Below, in pieces: positions 32,029-41,409 of a stretch of DNA of 64,000 nt (position 1 is the stretch's first letter; the number at the start of each line of letters is the position of its first letter). The notes below the pieces were generated by a model. It was not told the DNA's origin. It searched no databases and saw only the letters and a list, made by a program, of their open reading frames with translations. The stretch lies in contig OZ244937.1 of assembly GCA_965222075.1 (NCBI GenBank), positions 384,001 to 448,000 on the forward strand, written 5' to 3'. The translations under genes and the position numbers were made by a program. Origin of the DNA: Candidatus Latescibacterota bacterium (GTDB taxonomy: Bacteria > Latescibacterota > UBA2968 > GCA-2709665).

Positions 32029-32353
32029 GCAGAGGCTGTTCGGGAATTGCTCCAACACGGGTGGTGGTTGCCCGGGTGCCGGGCCGGTGACCGAGCGGTC
32101 GGTACAGAGAGTGTTTGACCGGGCTTGCAAAAAAGCCAATATTAACAAGCGGATATTGATACATATGGTGCGGCACTCCTTTGCGATACACCTGCTTGAA
32201 CGCGGGACCCACCTGCGATATATCCAGGTGTTGCTCGGGCACGTAAGCCCAAAGACCACACAGATCTATACTCGGGTGACGAATGGGGATCTCGCAAAGA
32301 TCCAGAGCCCGCTGGATGCATTGATGGAAGAAAGGGAGGCAGTTTTTGATTAG
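32029..32353 (+). pseudogene. C-terminal fragment of a tyrosine recombinase (integron-integrase-like)
   Basis: [28 protein letters not shown], terminal KIQSPLD; N-terminal part missing. Confidence 0.82.
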
Positions 32354-32725
32354 AGACGATGCCACTATAGGAAGAATTCCTGAACATGTTCGGGCTACAA
32401 AGTTGCTCCGGGTTGAGTGATATAAATTTCATCCTGAAATCCTTTCTATAATGCTGAGGCCAGACGATTGCGTAGATTATCTGCTGGGAATATATACTCA
32501 ATTTATACTGCCAACATATTCTTTACAAATCTTTTTACCCTACTACTAACGTTATGCAAAACTGGCGCAAGAAACCCAACACCCCCACCCAGAAAATCGC
32601 GTACAAGAAACAATAACCACTCCATCCTGATTTCTTCACAGCGAATGGATTTACCTCTCGATCTCATTGTAAGCTCTGCGAGTTCACGCGAAGATCAGGG
32701 AGTAATTCAATACCAGGAGAAACCA

Positions 32726-34183
32726 ATGACGGACGAGAAAGCGGCCTTCCTATTCATCGACAATACGTTAATCGAGAATCTCGACAGCGTCGTGCAAGGG
32801 GTCGTACCCGCAAAGAAGGCTTCGCAACAGCCGCTGATTGAGAAGGATCGGGCCTGGGAAGAGGAGTGGCTGATCGGCGGCTACGTCAACGTCCTGTACG
32901 ACGACGACGAAAATATCTTCAAGATGTGGTACGGCGTGGGCCGAAGATTGAGCGAAGCGCGTGGCGACGTGGCGGACGGACTGGCCTACGCCGTGTCCCA
33001 AGACGGGATCCACTGGGAAAAACCCGTCCTCAACCTCGTCGAGGACAGCGGCAGCAAAGAGAATAACCTGGTCTTTCCCTTTTTGAGGTGGGGGGCCGGG
33101 ACAGGAGTCATGAAAGACCCCATCGAAACAGACCCAGCCAAGCGCTACAAGATGCTCTTTATGTTCCAGAGCGGAGACATGATATTCGCCGGCATTGTCC
33201 AGCCGGTCTGTGTGGCGTATTCTGCCGACGGGATTCATTGGAACGTGCCCCAACGCTGGCTCAACCCGGTCATTCCACAGGGCTCGGATACCCACCTGGT
33301 CGCTTATTGGGATGCAAAAATTCACCGCTACGTCGTTTATCTGCGGGGCCGGCCTAACGTGCGCATCATTTGCATGGCCGAGAGCGATGATTTCGAAAAC
33401 TGGACCCCGCGCAAGATCATCGTCGCACCCGATGAGCACGATCCCCCGCAGGACCAGGAGTTTTACGGCATGAGTTCGCTGGCGTATCGCGACTTTCGTA
33501 TCGGCTTCCTGTCCGTGTTTCACACGCTCCACGAGGGGTGGATCGCCCAGAACCAGATCGAAGATTGGATGCCCGAATGGATGAACCAGATGGACATTCA
33601 GTTGACCTACTCGAAGAACGGCCGGACCTGGCATCGGGCGGGCAACCGTGAACCCATTCTGGAATGTGGCCCCCGCGGTAGCCACGACAGTGGAAATGTC
33701 TATCCGTCTCATGCCCCCTTTGTCCGCGACGACGAGATCTGGGTCTATCACAGCTGCTCAAACGAATTGCACGGCGAGGGGACGCGCTACGGCGAAGAAT
33801 CCCGGCGGGGAATCAATCTGGCAAAGATCGAAAAGGATCGGCTGGTCTGTCTGAAGACGGAGGCGCAGGGGGTCGTGACCACGGTCCCGCTGAGTATCGA
33901 GCCCAATGCATTGTGGATCAACGCCGATGCGACCGGCGGGTCACTGCGAGTGGAGATAGTCGATCCGTTTGACCGGGTCGTGCCGGGTTTTGGCAAAGAA
34001 GACTGCAGACTCTTCTCAGCGAATGAAACAGAATACCGGGTACAATGGAAAAGCGATCCGGCAGGCGCAGTCGGGGACAAAGAGGATGGGCTCGAAGAGA
34101 AGATGGTCTCACAGCCACGCGGAGGTGTTAAGGTCAAAGTGTACCTGGACCGCGCCAAGCTGTTTGCTCTTTATGCGTCCTGA
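32726..34183 (+). CDS. Probable beta-propeller glycosidase-like protein
   Basis: Asp-box motifs SQDGIHW, SADGIHW, SDDFENW, SKNGRTW; ATG after AGGAG. Confidence 0.7.
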   Translation: MTDEKAAFLFIDNTLIENLDSVVQGVVPAKKASQQPLIEKDRAWEEEWLIGGYVNVLYDDDENIFKMWYGVGRRLSEARGDVADGLAYAVSQDGIHWEKPVLNLVEDSGSKENNLVFPFLRWGAGTGVMKDPIETDPAKRYKMLFMFQSGDMIFAGIVQPVCVAYSADGIHWNVPQRWLNPVIPQGSDTHLVAYWDAKIHRYVVYLRGRPNVRIICMAESDDFENWTPRKIIVAPDEHDPPQDQEFYGMSSLAYRDFRIGFLSVFHTLHEGWIAQNQIEDWMPEWMNQMDIQLTYSKNGRTWHRAGNREPILECGPRGSHDSGNVYPSHAPFVRDDEIWVYHSCSNELHGEGTRYGEESRRGINLAKIEKDRLVCLKTEAQGVVTTVPLSIEPNALWINADATGGSLRVEIVDPFDRVVPGFGKEDCRLFSANETEYRVQWKSDPAGAVGDKEDGLEEKMVSQPRGGVKVKVYLDRAKLFALYAS

Positions 34184-34304
34184 AGTAATTTGGGGGTTCA
34201 ACAATCATCCACGGCGAATAAACTGCATCGATTTTTTCGGCTACGAATGGAATATGCCGAACTTTCTCCGCAGAATCACAAGTCAGGCCGTACGGAGGTC
34301 CACT

Positions 34305-35432
34305 ATGAAGTGGGAACTGCTGCATCCGGACCAGGAGCAAGCCGAGGATGTACCCTGTAGGCGGGCGGCCTTCGGCGGGATGTTGAGCTACAATGGATGC
34401 GTCTACCTGTTCGGGGGGATAAAAGTGATGTACGGCCGGCCGAAAGGCCCTGGAGATCTTTCCGTCCAGGGCTCATTGAACGACCTGTGGCGCTACGACC
34501 CGGGTCGAGGCCGGTGGACGCGGTTGGAAGACCACGATGGGCGCATCGGGTTCAGGCCGTCCGATACCAGACCGTGTACCCGGAAGCTCACGACCTGGCT
34601 GCCCGTGAACGGCAGGCTTTATCTTTTCGGCGGGTCCTCGGTGCGGGGCCCCGGCAAGGGGGCGATCAAGCTGAACGATCTCTGGGCCTACGATCCGAAG
34701 ACAGCCTCGTGGGAGCTGTTAGAGCCCGACGACGGGCGCGCATCAGGAATACCGGTGGATGGGCATCGTCCCGCCGGTTCGGGCGGGATGGGGGCGGCCG
34801 TTCTGGGTGATTACCTGTATCTGATGGGGGGCCATGGCGCGATGACGCACGCACAGCTGTGGACCTACAAGGCGCCGGCCGGGAAATGGGAGCACCTGGG
34901 GCCTGCGTCGAATGGGCGCAACGGTTGGCCGCCGAAACGATACTGTCCCGTGCTGGTCGGCTGGAACGGCAGGCTCTACCTGTGGGGCGGTCGGGACAGT
35001 CAGGGTCGGGCGCCGGAGTTCTACAACGATCTGTGGGAATACGATCCCGACGGAGGCGCCTGGACCTGCATTCAGGAGAACCGGGCGGATGATGTTGCAC
35101 GGCCTTCCCCTCGGTACGGGCTGGGACACGCTGTGATCGGAGATTACCTGTATCTGTTCGGAGGATTTGCAGGAGGGGAAGGGGAGCACCCCCAGCTGAA
35201 CGATCTGTGGCAGTACGATCTTCGTGCCGGCCGGTGGGACTGTCTATATCCACACAACGGTGCGGAGGATTCCTCTGATGGCGCCGAACGTCCCGGCGTC
35301 AGGCGAATCCCCGTTATGGCAGTGGGGGGCGAGTCCGTATATCTCTTCGGGGGGCTGGACCTGGCTACCGGGCCGCACGGGGACGGGCCGCTGGCGGCGT
35401 ACAACGATTTCTGGCACGGAACACCGGCCTGA
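34305..35432 (+). CDS. Kelch-repeat beta-propeller protein
   Basis: About six repeats of LYLFGG...NDLW.YD. Confidence 0.88.
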   Translation: MKWELLHPDQEQAEDVPCRRAAFGGMLSYNGCVYLFGGIKVMYGRPKGPGDLSVQGSLNDLWRYDPGRGRWTRLEDHDGRIGFRPSDTRPCTRKLTTWLPVNGRLYLFGGSSVRGPGKGAIKLNDLWAYDPKTASWELLEPDDGRASGIPVDGHRPAGSGGMGAAVLGDYLYLMGGHGAMTHAQLWTYKAPAGKWEHLGPASNGRNGWPPKRYCPVLVGWNGRLYLWGGRDSQGRAPEFYNDLWEYDPDGGAWTCIQENRADDVARPSPRYGLGHAVIGDYLYLFGGFAGGEGEHPQLNDLWQYDLRAGRWDCLYPHNGAEDSSDGAERPGVRRIPVMAVGGESVYLFGGLDLATGPHGDGPLAAYNDFWHGTPA

Positions 35433-35461
35433 CAGGGCATTTCTTAAAGGAGATTCCGTAT

Positions 35462-35554
35462 ATGCATGCGAAGACCGAAGTCAATCCGATCCAGTTCGAG
35501 GTGATCCGCAACGCGCTGCTGAAGGCGACGGAGGAGATGGCGATTGCGCTATAA
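35462..35554 (+). pseudogene. N-terminal remnant of a hydantoinase B/oxoprolinase gene
   Basis: MHAKTEVNPIQFEVIRNALLKATEEMAIAL* after AGGAG. Confidence 0.65.
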
Positions 35555-35695
35555 AAGGGAGTATCACCAACTATTATGTTAGCTATCGCCACTGTGACGG
35601 TCGAGGCAACCTGAACACTGACGAGAATCCTCACAGCGGCGGGTATCGCGAGGCCGTTAACGGAAATCGCCCCTACCACCCCAAAGGAGGGAAAA

Positions 35696-37009
35696 ATGAA
35701 ACTCTGGGTATTCACCTGCAGTGACAGCCCGTTCGAACACTGGCTCGACGGGTTCGAGGAGCGGTTCGACGCCTGGGCGGATAGCGGCGTGCGCGGTCTG
35801 GCCGTCGGCCGCATGGCATTCCTCCAGGAGGATGGCACCGCCATTCCGGCGTGGGCTCCCGACCCGAAGGTGTACGAGGCCCTGGGGGCGGAAGTCCCGG
35901 AGCAGCGTCCGCGCGACCTCTCAAAAGAGAAGAAGCTGCACGCAATGCTGGACAACGCCGCGGAGCGGGGCTGGCGACTACTGATTTTCGCCGGAGGCGG
36001 CCCGACCGCCCACGTGCAGGACCAAATGAACGCCTTTCCACAGGTGCACGGCGTCATTGTCGACGGTCCGGGCGAAAACCACTACGAGCTGGCCTTCCAC
36101 CACGGGGGCGAGCTCCTGGAGATCCGTCCGGGTGAGGAGGGCCGCTTCGCCCAGGTCGGCGCCGAGATTGATCGAATACAACGCGGCATCACCCACTTTC
36201 GGGAGCGTTTGCACAATCTGACACCGGAAATGGTGCGGTACCACGCCGACGGGGGGATGCTGGGGGCAATGCTCCTGTTCGACGTCAACGAGGACGTGCT
36301 CTACTGGCTGCGCAAGCGGCAGGAGCTCTCTCGCTTCGACTGGCAGTACATGCGGCAACAGGTCGACGCCGTCGATCGCAAGGTGGAGCTGGGCGGTATC
36401 CCGCGGGCCGTGACGTGGTCATCGCTCACCGGACAGAATTACTGTCAGATGGCGGAGTATTTCGACTATATCTTTCCGAAACACTATTTTTGGCACCGCG
36501 GCATGGACGGCATGTACGGAACCATATCCCGCTGGGTAAGACGGTTGCGAAAGTGGAATCCGTCCCTGAGCGAGGCGGAGTGTTTCGCCGTAGTGAAGGC
36601 GCTGTTGGGCATCGAGCTGCCTGGCATCAACTCGCTTATGGACATGGAGATGGGTTTCCCCGACGAATTCTTCTCCAAGGTGGTCTACAACGAGACTCGG
36701 CGGGCCCTGGCGGCCATAGGTGATCCCGACAAGGTGATAGCCTGGGTGTCCACGGGGCGCCACCCCCACGGCGGCGACCCGATGCAGGCGCGCGATCTCT
36801 ACGGCATCCTGACTGCTTCGCAGGAGGCGGGGTTGAAGCGCTTCCTATACCATCCCGAGCCGGATTTCGGGGCGGCGGAATGGACCATCATCTCGTCGCT
36901 GTGCGGAAACCAATGGGATGAAGACGCCGACGGGTACTGGCCGACGGGGACCGACAAGCCAGGCGTCTGGGACGGCGGGCGCGAGGTACCCGAAGAGGGC
37001 CGAATATGA
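35696..37009 (+). CDS. Hypothetical protein, 437 aa
   Basis: Strong RBS AAAGGAGG and host-like codon usage; no family recognised. Confidence 0.8.
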   Translation: MKLWVFTCSDSPFEHWLDGFEERFDAWADSGVRGLAVGRMAFLQEDGTAIPAWAPDPKVYEALGAEVPEQRPRDLSKEKKLHAMLDNAAERGWRLLIFAGGGPTAHVQDQMNAFPQVHGVIVDGPGENHYELAFHHGGELLEIRPGEEGRFAQVGAEIDRIQRGITHFRERLHNLTPEMVRYHADGGMLGAMLLFDVNEDVLYWLRKRQELSRFDWQYMRQQVDAVDRKVELGGIPRAVTWSSLTGQNYCQMAEYFDYIFPKHYFWHRGMDGMYGTISRWVRRLRKWNPSLSEAECFAVVKALLGIELPGINSLMDMEMGFPDEFFSKVVYNETRRALAAIGDPDKVIAWVSTGRHPHGGDPMQARDLYGILTASQEAGLKRFLYHPEPDFGAAEWTIISSLCGNQWDEDADGYWPTGTDKPGVWDGGREVPEEGRI

Positions 37010-37197
37010 GCAAGATCTTTGACTCGTTGCGGGAGGGTTTCCCGCGGGCGCGAACGATGGCCTACTTCGACAACGCCTCGTCCCATCCGATCTGCGGGCA
37101 CTCGGAGGCGACTTTGGATCGGTTCATCGAATGGGTGACGCACGAGGTGGGGAACTGTGGTGGACGGCGTGAGCTCAGCCAGATGCCGACGCCTTGA
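37006..37197 (+). pseudogene. N-terminal remnant of a class V aminotransferase/cysteine desulfurase-like gene
   Basis: LREGFP....AYFDNASS; overlaps the upstream stop (ATGA), then truncated. Confidence 0.6.
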
Positions 37198-37337
37198 AGA
37201 AGCTGCCAGCACTGTCGTTCTTGCAGAGGCCCCTCAGCGGACGCTGGCACAGTCGGCGCTGCGGTTCGTAATTTATGGTGCACGCTGTATTACCGCCCCG
37301 CTCTCCAGACCGAGAGTGGCGACCCCGATGCGACTTC

Positions 37338-37488
37338 CGCTAACACGTAATTTGCGCTACGATCGCTTCGCTCCCTTGGCCCTTCGGGCACAGTTCCCTT
37401 TGTCACGTCGCTTGCTGAGAGACGCAAGCGCCGCGCCAATACGGCTTCGCCGGACCGGGTACCGTCGCAAATTTCGAGGACGTTATGC
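37338..37488 (+). other. attC-like integron recombination site 1
   Basis: CGCTAAC ... AATTTGCG/CGCAAATT inverted boxes ... GTTATGC. Confidence 0.72.
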
Positions 37489-37503
37489 GAAAGTGAGTTC
37501 GTT

Positions 37504-38547
37504 TTGTTTAGAGCGGATCTCTTCCAAGCGCACTTGGAAAACTGGGAACTCATTCTACGGGCGCGAACCGTTGAAGCCATCGAACGGATCGCATCTGTTC
37601 CTGGCGTTGCGGGTGTGATTCTTGGGGGTAGCGTTGGGCGAGGAATAGCGTGGCCTATATCAGATATAGACCTCATCTACATTACTACCAGGGGGGCGGA
37701 CAACAGTCTTCCAAAAAGAGTGGACGAGCTTGCGTTGTCCATCACAAGGGAGTGGGCTCGAGACACGTGGCCGACGTCTGTTGACGCAGGTCGACTCCAT
37801 TTTACAGCCGACGAGGCAGACGACTTGATCAAAGGCAAGCGTCACTTAGATGAGCTGATGGCCAATGAGAGGACTTTCCATGCGACCGACAAGAGCCACC
37901 TCGGTCAATCAGTTCACGCGTCTGAGGATTGCGATACTCCTGCATTTGTTGTGCTACTTTCCGATGGTCGATTTGACCCATCGGTTGTCCGGGCACGCCA
38001 AATCGAGCGCGTCAGACGTGTAACCAGTCTCGCTCAGCGAGTTCAGTCACATCTGGAGGCAGGTAGTCTGGTTGAGGCAGGGATCTCTATACAGGAACTC
38101 GCGCGCGTGATAATCCCATATCTGAAGGAAAGGTGGGGGCATGGAGATCGGTCCTTTGGAAGGGTTTTCACTCGTTTTTGCGTTCTAGCTCACGAGCACC
38201 AGGAAGAAGGAATTGCGAGTCGCCTCATTCGACTGTTCTCTCTTACGGCGGATGAGATAGAAGCAAGGTACGCCAAGGCTCCCGCTAATGTTGTGGAGCG
38301 GCACATCACATCGTATCCATCCCGCCTGGCCGTGGGCGAGGAGATCACGGAGCTCGATGACAAACGCGATGTTCTGTATGCCTATACGTGGTATGCAGTT
38401 CGTACTGGTGAAACTGGTTCGTGGCTCCTCAATGAGGATCTACACAAGTCTCAACTCAAGTTGTCACTGGATCAAACAGCATCCATATGGGCCGAGGTGG
38501 TCTCGAAGGAGCCGGATTGCGTATCCAGCGAACTCACCTTCGCATAA
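37504..38547 (+). CDS. Nucleotidyltransferase-domain protein (gene cassette)
   Basis: GGSVGRG.....SDIDL Pol-beta-type motif; stop TAA lies within GCATAAC. Confidence 0.75.
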   Translation: MFRADLFQAHLENWELILRARTVEAIERIASVPGVAGVILGGSVGRGIAWPISDIDLIYITTRGADNSLPKRVDELALSITREWARDTWPTSVDAGRLHFTADEADDLIKGKRHLDELMANERTFHATDKSHLGQSVHASEDCDTPAFVVLLSDGRFDPSVVRARQIERVRRVTSLAQRVQSHLEAGSLVEAGISIQELARVIIPYLKERWGHGDRSFGRVFTRFCVLAHEHQEEGIASRLIRLFSLTADEIEARYAKAPANVVERHITSYPSRLAVGEEITELDDKRDVLYAYTWYAVRTGETGSWLLNEDLHKSQLKLSLDQTASIWAEVVSKEPDCVSSELTFA

Positions 38548-38626
38548 CACGAGCACCCACGGCTTCGGCGCTGGCAAGCCTTCGCGCAACCGCATTCGTG
38601 GTTCGAGCAGGTCGAAACTGTTAGCC
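38542..38626 (+). other. attC-like site 2
   Basis: GCATAAC...GTTAGCC; cassette ends are reverse-complementary over 19/20 nt. Confidence 0.7.
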
Positions 38627-38660
38627 GACGTGCGAATGCCCTTCTCTTGAAAGAAATGCC

Positions 38661-39581
38661 TTGAATAACTTTGCTGACCGATTCGTTTTGAGGACGAGGG
38701 AGCTTGGCCACCCTCTGTGTGTTGGTATTGATCCCTATATAAACAAGATTCCTCCCGTTTTCCGTCGAAAAGACATGGCAGTCGGGTCCCCGGAGACATC
38801 GGAGGCGGTGTCTGATTTTTGTCTGGCAGTACTGGATCAGATTGCGGGAAGGGTTGCAATTGTAAAACCTCAGATCGCCTTATTTGAGCAACTTGGCTGG
38901 CGAGGAATCAGGACTCTCGAAAGGGTCATTCAAGCGGCACACGAGCGGGGTATGTTGGTGTTGTTAGATGCAAAAAGGGGGGATATCGGTGCAACGGCTG
39001 AAGGTTACGCGGTTGCATACCTCAGCGACTCAAGTTCTATGGCCGCGGATGCAATTACGGTAAATCCGTATATGGGCCGCGAAGCGATCGAGCCTTTTGT
39101 TCGTCGGGCTCGCGAAAGCGGCCGGGGTGTGGTAGTTCTCGTTCGAAACAGCAATCCGGGTGCGTCCGACTATCAGGACCTTCGGGTGGGCAATTGGACC
39201 CTGTTTGAGGAAGTAGCTGTTTCACTGAGGTCGTACCACGATGCTCTGATGGGTGAGGAAGTAGGATGGTCGTCCTTGTGCGTTACAACTGCCGCGACTC
39301 GACCAGACGACTCATTGAAAATACGGGCAATACTGCCTGATGCTCTGTTCCTCGTCTTGGGCTACGGAGCTCAGGGTGGTTGCCTGTCGGATACGCTTCA
39401 GGGATTTCGGCTGGGTCCCGGGGGATTGGAGGGAGGGATCGTGAATTCTTCCAGGTCTGTGCTTTATCCGGAGACTGGGCACACGGCGAATGCAGCCATG
39501 TGGGAAGACGCATTTCAACGCAATCTCGATGACATGATTGAGGCGCTTATGAATGCGGTTCAAACGGAGCACGTCGGCTAA
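38661..39581 (+). CDS. pyrF: Orotidine-5'-phosphate decarboxylase, subfamily 2 (gene cassette)
   Basis: LCVGIDP, KPQIALFE, DAKRGDIGAT, TVNPYMG, GYGAQGG, VNSSRS. Confidence 0.92.
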   Translation: MNNFADRFVLRTRELGHPLCVGIDPYINKIPPVFRRKDMAVGSPETSEAVSDFCLAVLDQIAGRVAIVKPQIALFEQLGWRGIRTLERVIQAAHERGMLVLLDAKRGDIGATAEGYAVAYLSDSSSMAADAITVNPYMGREAIEPFVRRARESGRGVVVLVRNSNPGASDYQDLRVGNWTLFEEVAVSLRSYHDALMGEEVGWSSLCVTTAATRPDDSLKIRAILPDALFLVLGYGAQGGCLSDTLQGFRLGPGGLEGGIVNSSRSVLYPETGHTANAAMWEDAFQRNLDDMIEALMNAVQTEHVG

Positions 39582-39686
39582 CAGCACGGTTCGCGCTGCG
39601 CCGCCCTTCATCCCTCGGCGTCGCGTCTATGCTCACATCAGCTTACATCTCTGCCTTCGCAGGTTGATGCCGACTATCCGTTACCT
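39576..39686 (+). other. attC-like site 3 (degenerate)
   Basis: GGCTAAC...CTGCG/CGCAG...GTTACCT; CACGTCGGCTAAC is the exact reverse complement of the cassette start GTTAGCCGACGTG. Confidence 0.6.
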
Positions 39687-39710
39687 CAACAACTGGCCTC
39701 TTCTTAACAA

Positions 39711-39767
39711 ACAGATATTGAGCATATCGTAGCGCTCAGCGAAGCCCACGATAGCGGTCTGTGCGCT
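39711..39767 (+). pseudogene. Short remnant of an HNH/DUF1524-type nuclease
   Basis: Translates to TDIEHIVALSEAHDSGLCA. Confidence 0.5.
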
Positions 39768-39778
39768 TATCCGGACTC

Positions 39779-39890
39779 TGTCAAGAGGCGAGTGGGTGTG
39801 GGGTGACGAGAAAGATGGATAAACAGGATAGACAGGATGAGAACTGAAAACCCTGAAATCCTGTTCATCCTGTCCATCCATGTGAATAAA
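39779..39890. repeat. Junction segment plus family B hairpin
   Basis: TGTCAAGAGGCGAGTGGGTGTGGGGTGACGAG...ATGGATAAACAGGATAGACAGGAT...ATCCTGTCCATCCATGTGAATAAA. Confidence 0.88.
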
Positions 39891-39907
39891 ACAGAAGACG
39901 GGAGTTG

Positions 39908-40201
39908 GTGATGACCAGACAGTTGACAGCAATTATCGAACGCGAAAACGATGGCTACATCGTCCTCTGCCCTGAGTTGGACATCGCAAGTCAGGGAGCA
40001 ACCGTGGCTGAGGCTCGGGAAAATTTGAAGGAGGCATTGGAGTTGTTTTTCGAGACGGCTTCAGCCACCGAAATTCAGCAGCGGCTGCACGAGGAAGTGT
40101 ACGTAACGCAGGTGGAGGTCGCAGTTGGCCAGACTCCGGCGGATGGAGGGGAGGATTCGGGCGGCGATTGGGCGGATGTGGGGGACGAGAAAGATGGATA
40201 A
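39908..40201 (+). CDS. hicB: HicB-family antitoxin (copy 3); hicA deleted, frame runs into the junction repeat
   Basis: Closely similar to copies 1 and 2 up to VAVG; stop TAA replaced by CAG. Confidence 0.75.
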   Translation: MMTRQLTAIIERENDGYIVLCPELDIASQGATVAEARENLKEALELFFETASATEIQQRLHEEVYVTQVEVAVGQTPADGGEDSGGDWADVGDEKDG

Positions 40202-40269
40202 AGAGGATAGACAGGATGAGAACTGAAACCCCTGAAATCCTGTTCATCCTGTCCATCCATGTGAATAAA
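40143..40269. repeat. hsdS-3'-like segment plus family B hairpin
   Basis: Encodes MEGRIRAAIGRMWG followed by the full hairpin. Confidence 0.88.
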
Positions 40270-40283
40270 TTTGGTGTGACAGA

Positions 40284-40343
40284 GCAGAGGCTGTTCGGGA
40301 ATTGCCCCAACACGGGTGGTGGTTGCCCGGGCACCGGGCGGGT
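40284..40343 (+). repeat. ~60-bp direct repeat of 32029-32088
   Basis: GCAGAGGCTGTTCGGGAATTGC.CCAACACGGGTGGTGGTTGCCCGGG. Confidence 0.85.
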
Positions 40344-41380
40344 CAGACGCCGGTGAAGGCTTTGGCTTTGTCCTCTGTTTTGGGCGGTCGTGTGGGGCGG
40401 GCGGCGCGCAGTTCGCCCCAGAGGGCGATGGCGATGCCCGCGAGGATGATGCCGCCGCCGATGAGCTGGGCGGGCATGGGTACCTCGCCCAGGATGAGGC
40501 CGGCGAAGAGCACGCCGGCGACCGGTGAGAAGGACGACGCGGTGGCAATGTCGGCGGGGCGCACCCGCTTGATGCCTGCAAACCACGCCAGTTGGCCACA
40601 GGCCACCACGATCCCACCGTAGAGGATCATCCAGCCCCAGAGCAGGGGGGAAAAAACGTCGGCGAAGTGTTCAAGTCCGAAGAAGAAGAGGCCGAGTCCG
40701 AAGAAGAAGAGCGCGCCCACCAGGTTGCGGAAGACACTGAAGACGCCCAGCGGGATGGTCTGGAGTTGCTTGCGGCCGATCTCGGCGCCGCAAACGAGGA
40801 GTACGGTAGCGGCCAGGGCGAGGAATTCACCGCTGCCCACCCCGCTTTGCATGCGCGCTGCCGCCATGCGCTCGGGCGACGCGCCCGTCTGCAGGATGAG
40901 GGTTGTGGCCACGCCGCCGACGGCGCACAACGCCCCCAGTACCGCGCTTCCACTCGACTTTTCCCGGTAGAGCATCCAGGCCAACAACAGGCCGAGGGGG
41001 ATTTCCACCGTCTCGATCAGGACGATATTGGTGATGGAGGTGCGGGAGATGGCCGTAAACATCATGGCCGGAGCTATCGCGCCGGAAGTCAGGGCCAGGG
41101 CTGTCTGTACCAGCCACTGCCGGCGCGACAGGGAGCGCAGGCCTGCCTGCCGCGCGGGGCTTGGCGCAGGCAGGCGCGCAGGGCGCCATTCCCGGTGATT
41201 GAGGGCCAACAGGGTCAGCGCCGCCACGAGGTTGCCAGCGAAAAGCAGGTTGCAAAAGGAGATGGGATTGCGGCCGTCTATCAGATGGGCCTCGCCGATT
41301 TCGACCAGGCGGGCTACCACCGGCGCGGCGGCGGCGAAGATCAATATGGCAATCCACAGATAGGTTCGTCCCCAGGTCAT
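40343..41380 (-). CDS. DMT/EamA family transporter with a 33-bp in-frame insertion
   Basis: About ten TM segments, ILGEVP..QLIGGGIILAGI; insert LPAPSPARQAG. Confidence 0.87.
   Translation of the reverse strand: MTWGRTYLWIAILIFAAAAPVVARLVEIGEAHLIDGRNPISFCNLLFAGNLVAALTLLALNHREWRPARLPAPSPARQAGLRSLSRRQWLVQTALALTSGAIAPAMMFTAISRTSITNIVLIETVEIPLGLLLAWMLYREKSSGSAVLGALCAVGGVATTLILQTGASPERMAAARMQSGVGSGEFLALAATVLLVCGAEIGRKQLQTIPLGVFSVFRNLVGALFFFGLGLFFFGLEHFADVFSPLLWGWMILYGGIVVACGQLAWFAGIKRVRPADIATASSFSPVAGVLFAGLILGEVPMPAQLIGGGIILAGIAIALWGELRAARPTRPPKTEDKAKAFTGV
41142..41174. repeat. 33-bp palindromic insertion element inside the DMT gene
   Basis: CCTGCCTGC-cgcgcggggcttggc-GCAGGCAGG. Confidence 0.87.
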
Positions 41381-41409
41381 CTCTTTCCCGATCTCGCAAA
41401 ATGCAGCAT

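Noticed and set aside
31901-32353. Intact integron integrase
   Set aside because: Only the last ~85 aa are recombinase-like; the first catalytic Arg region and N-terminal domain are absent
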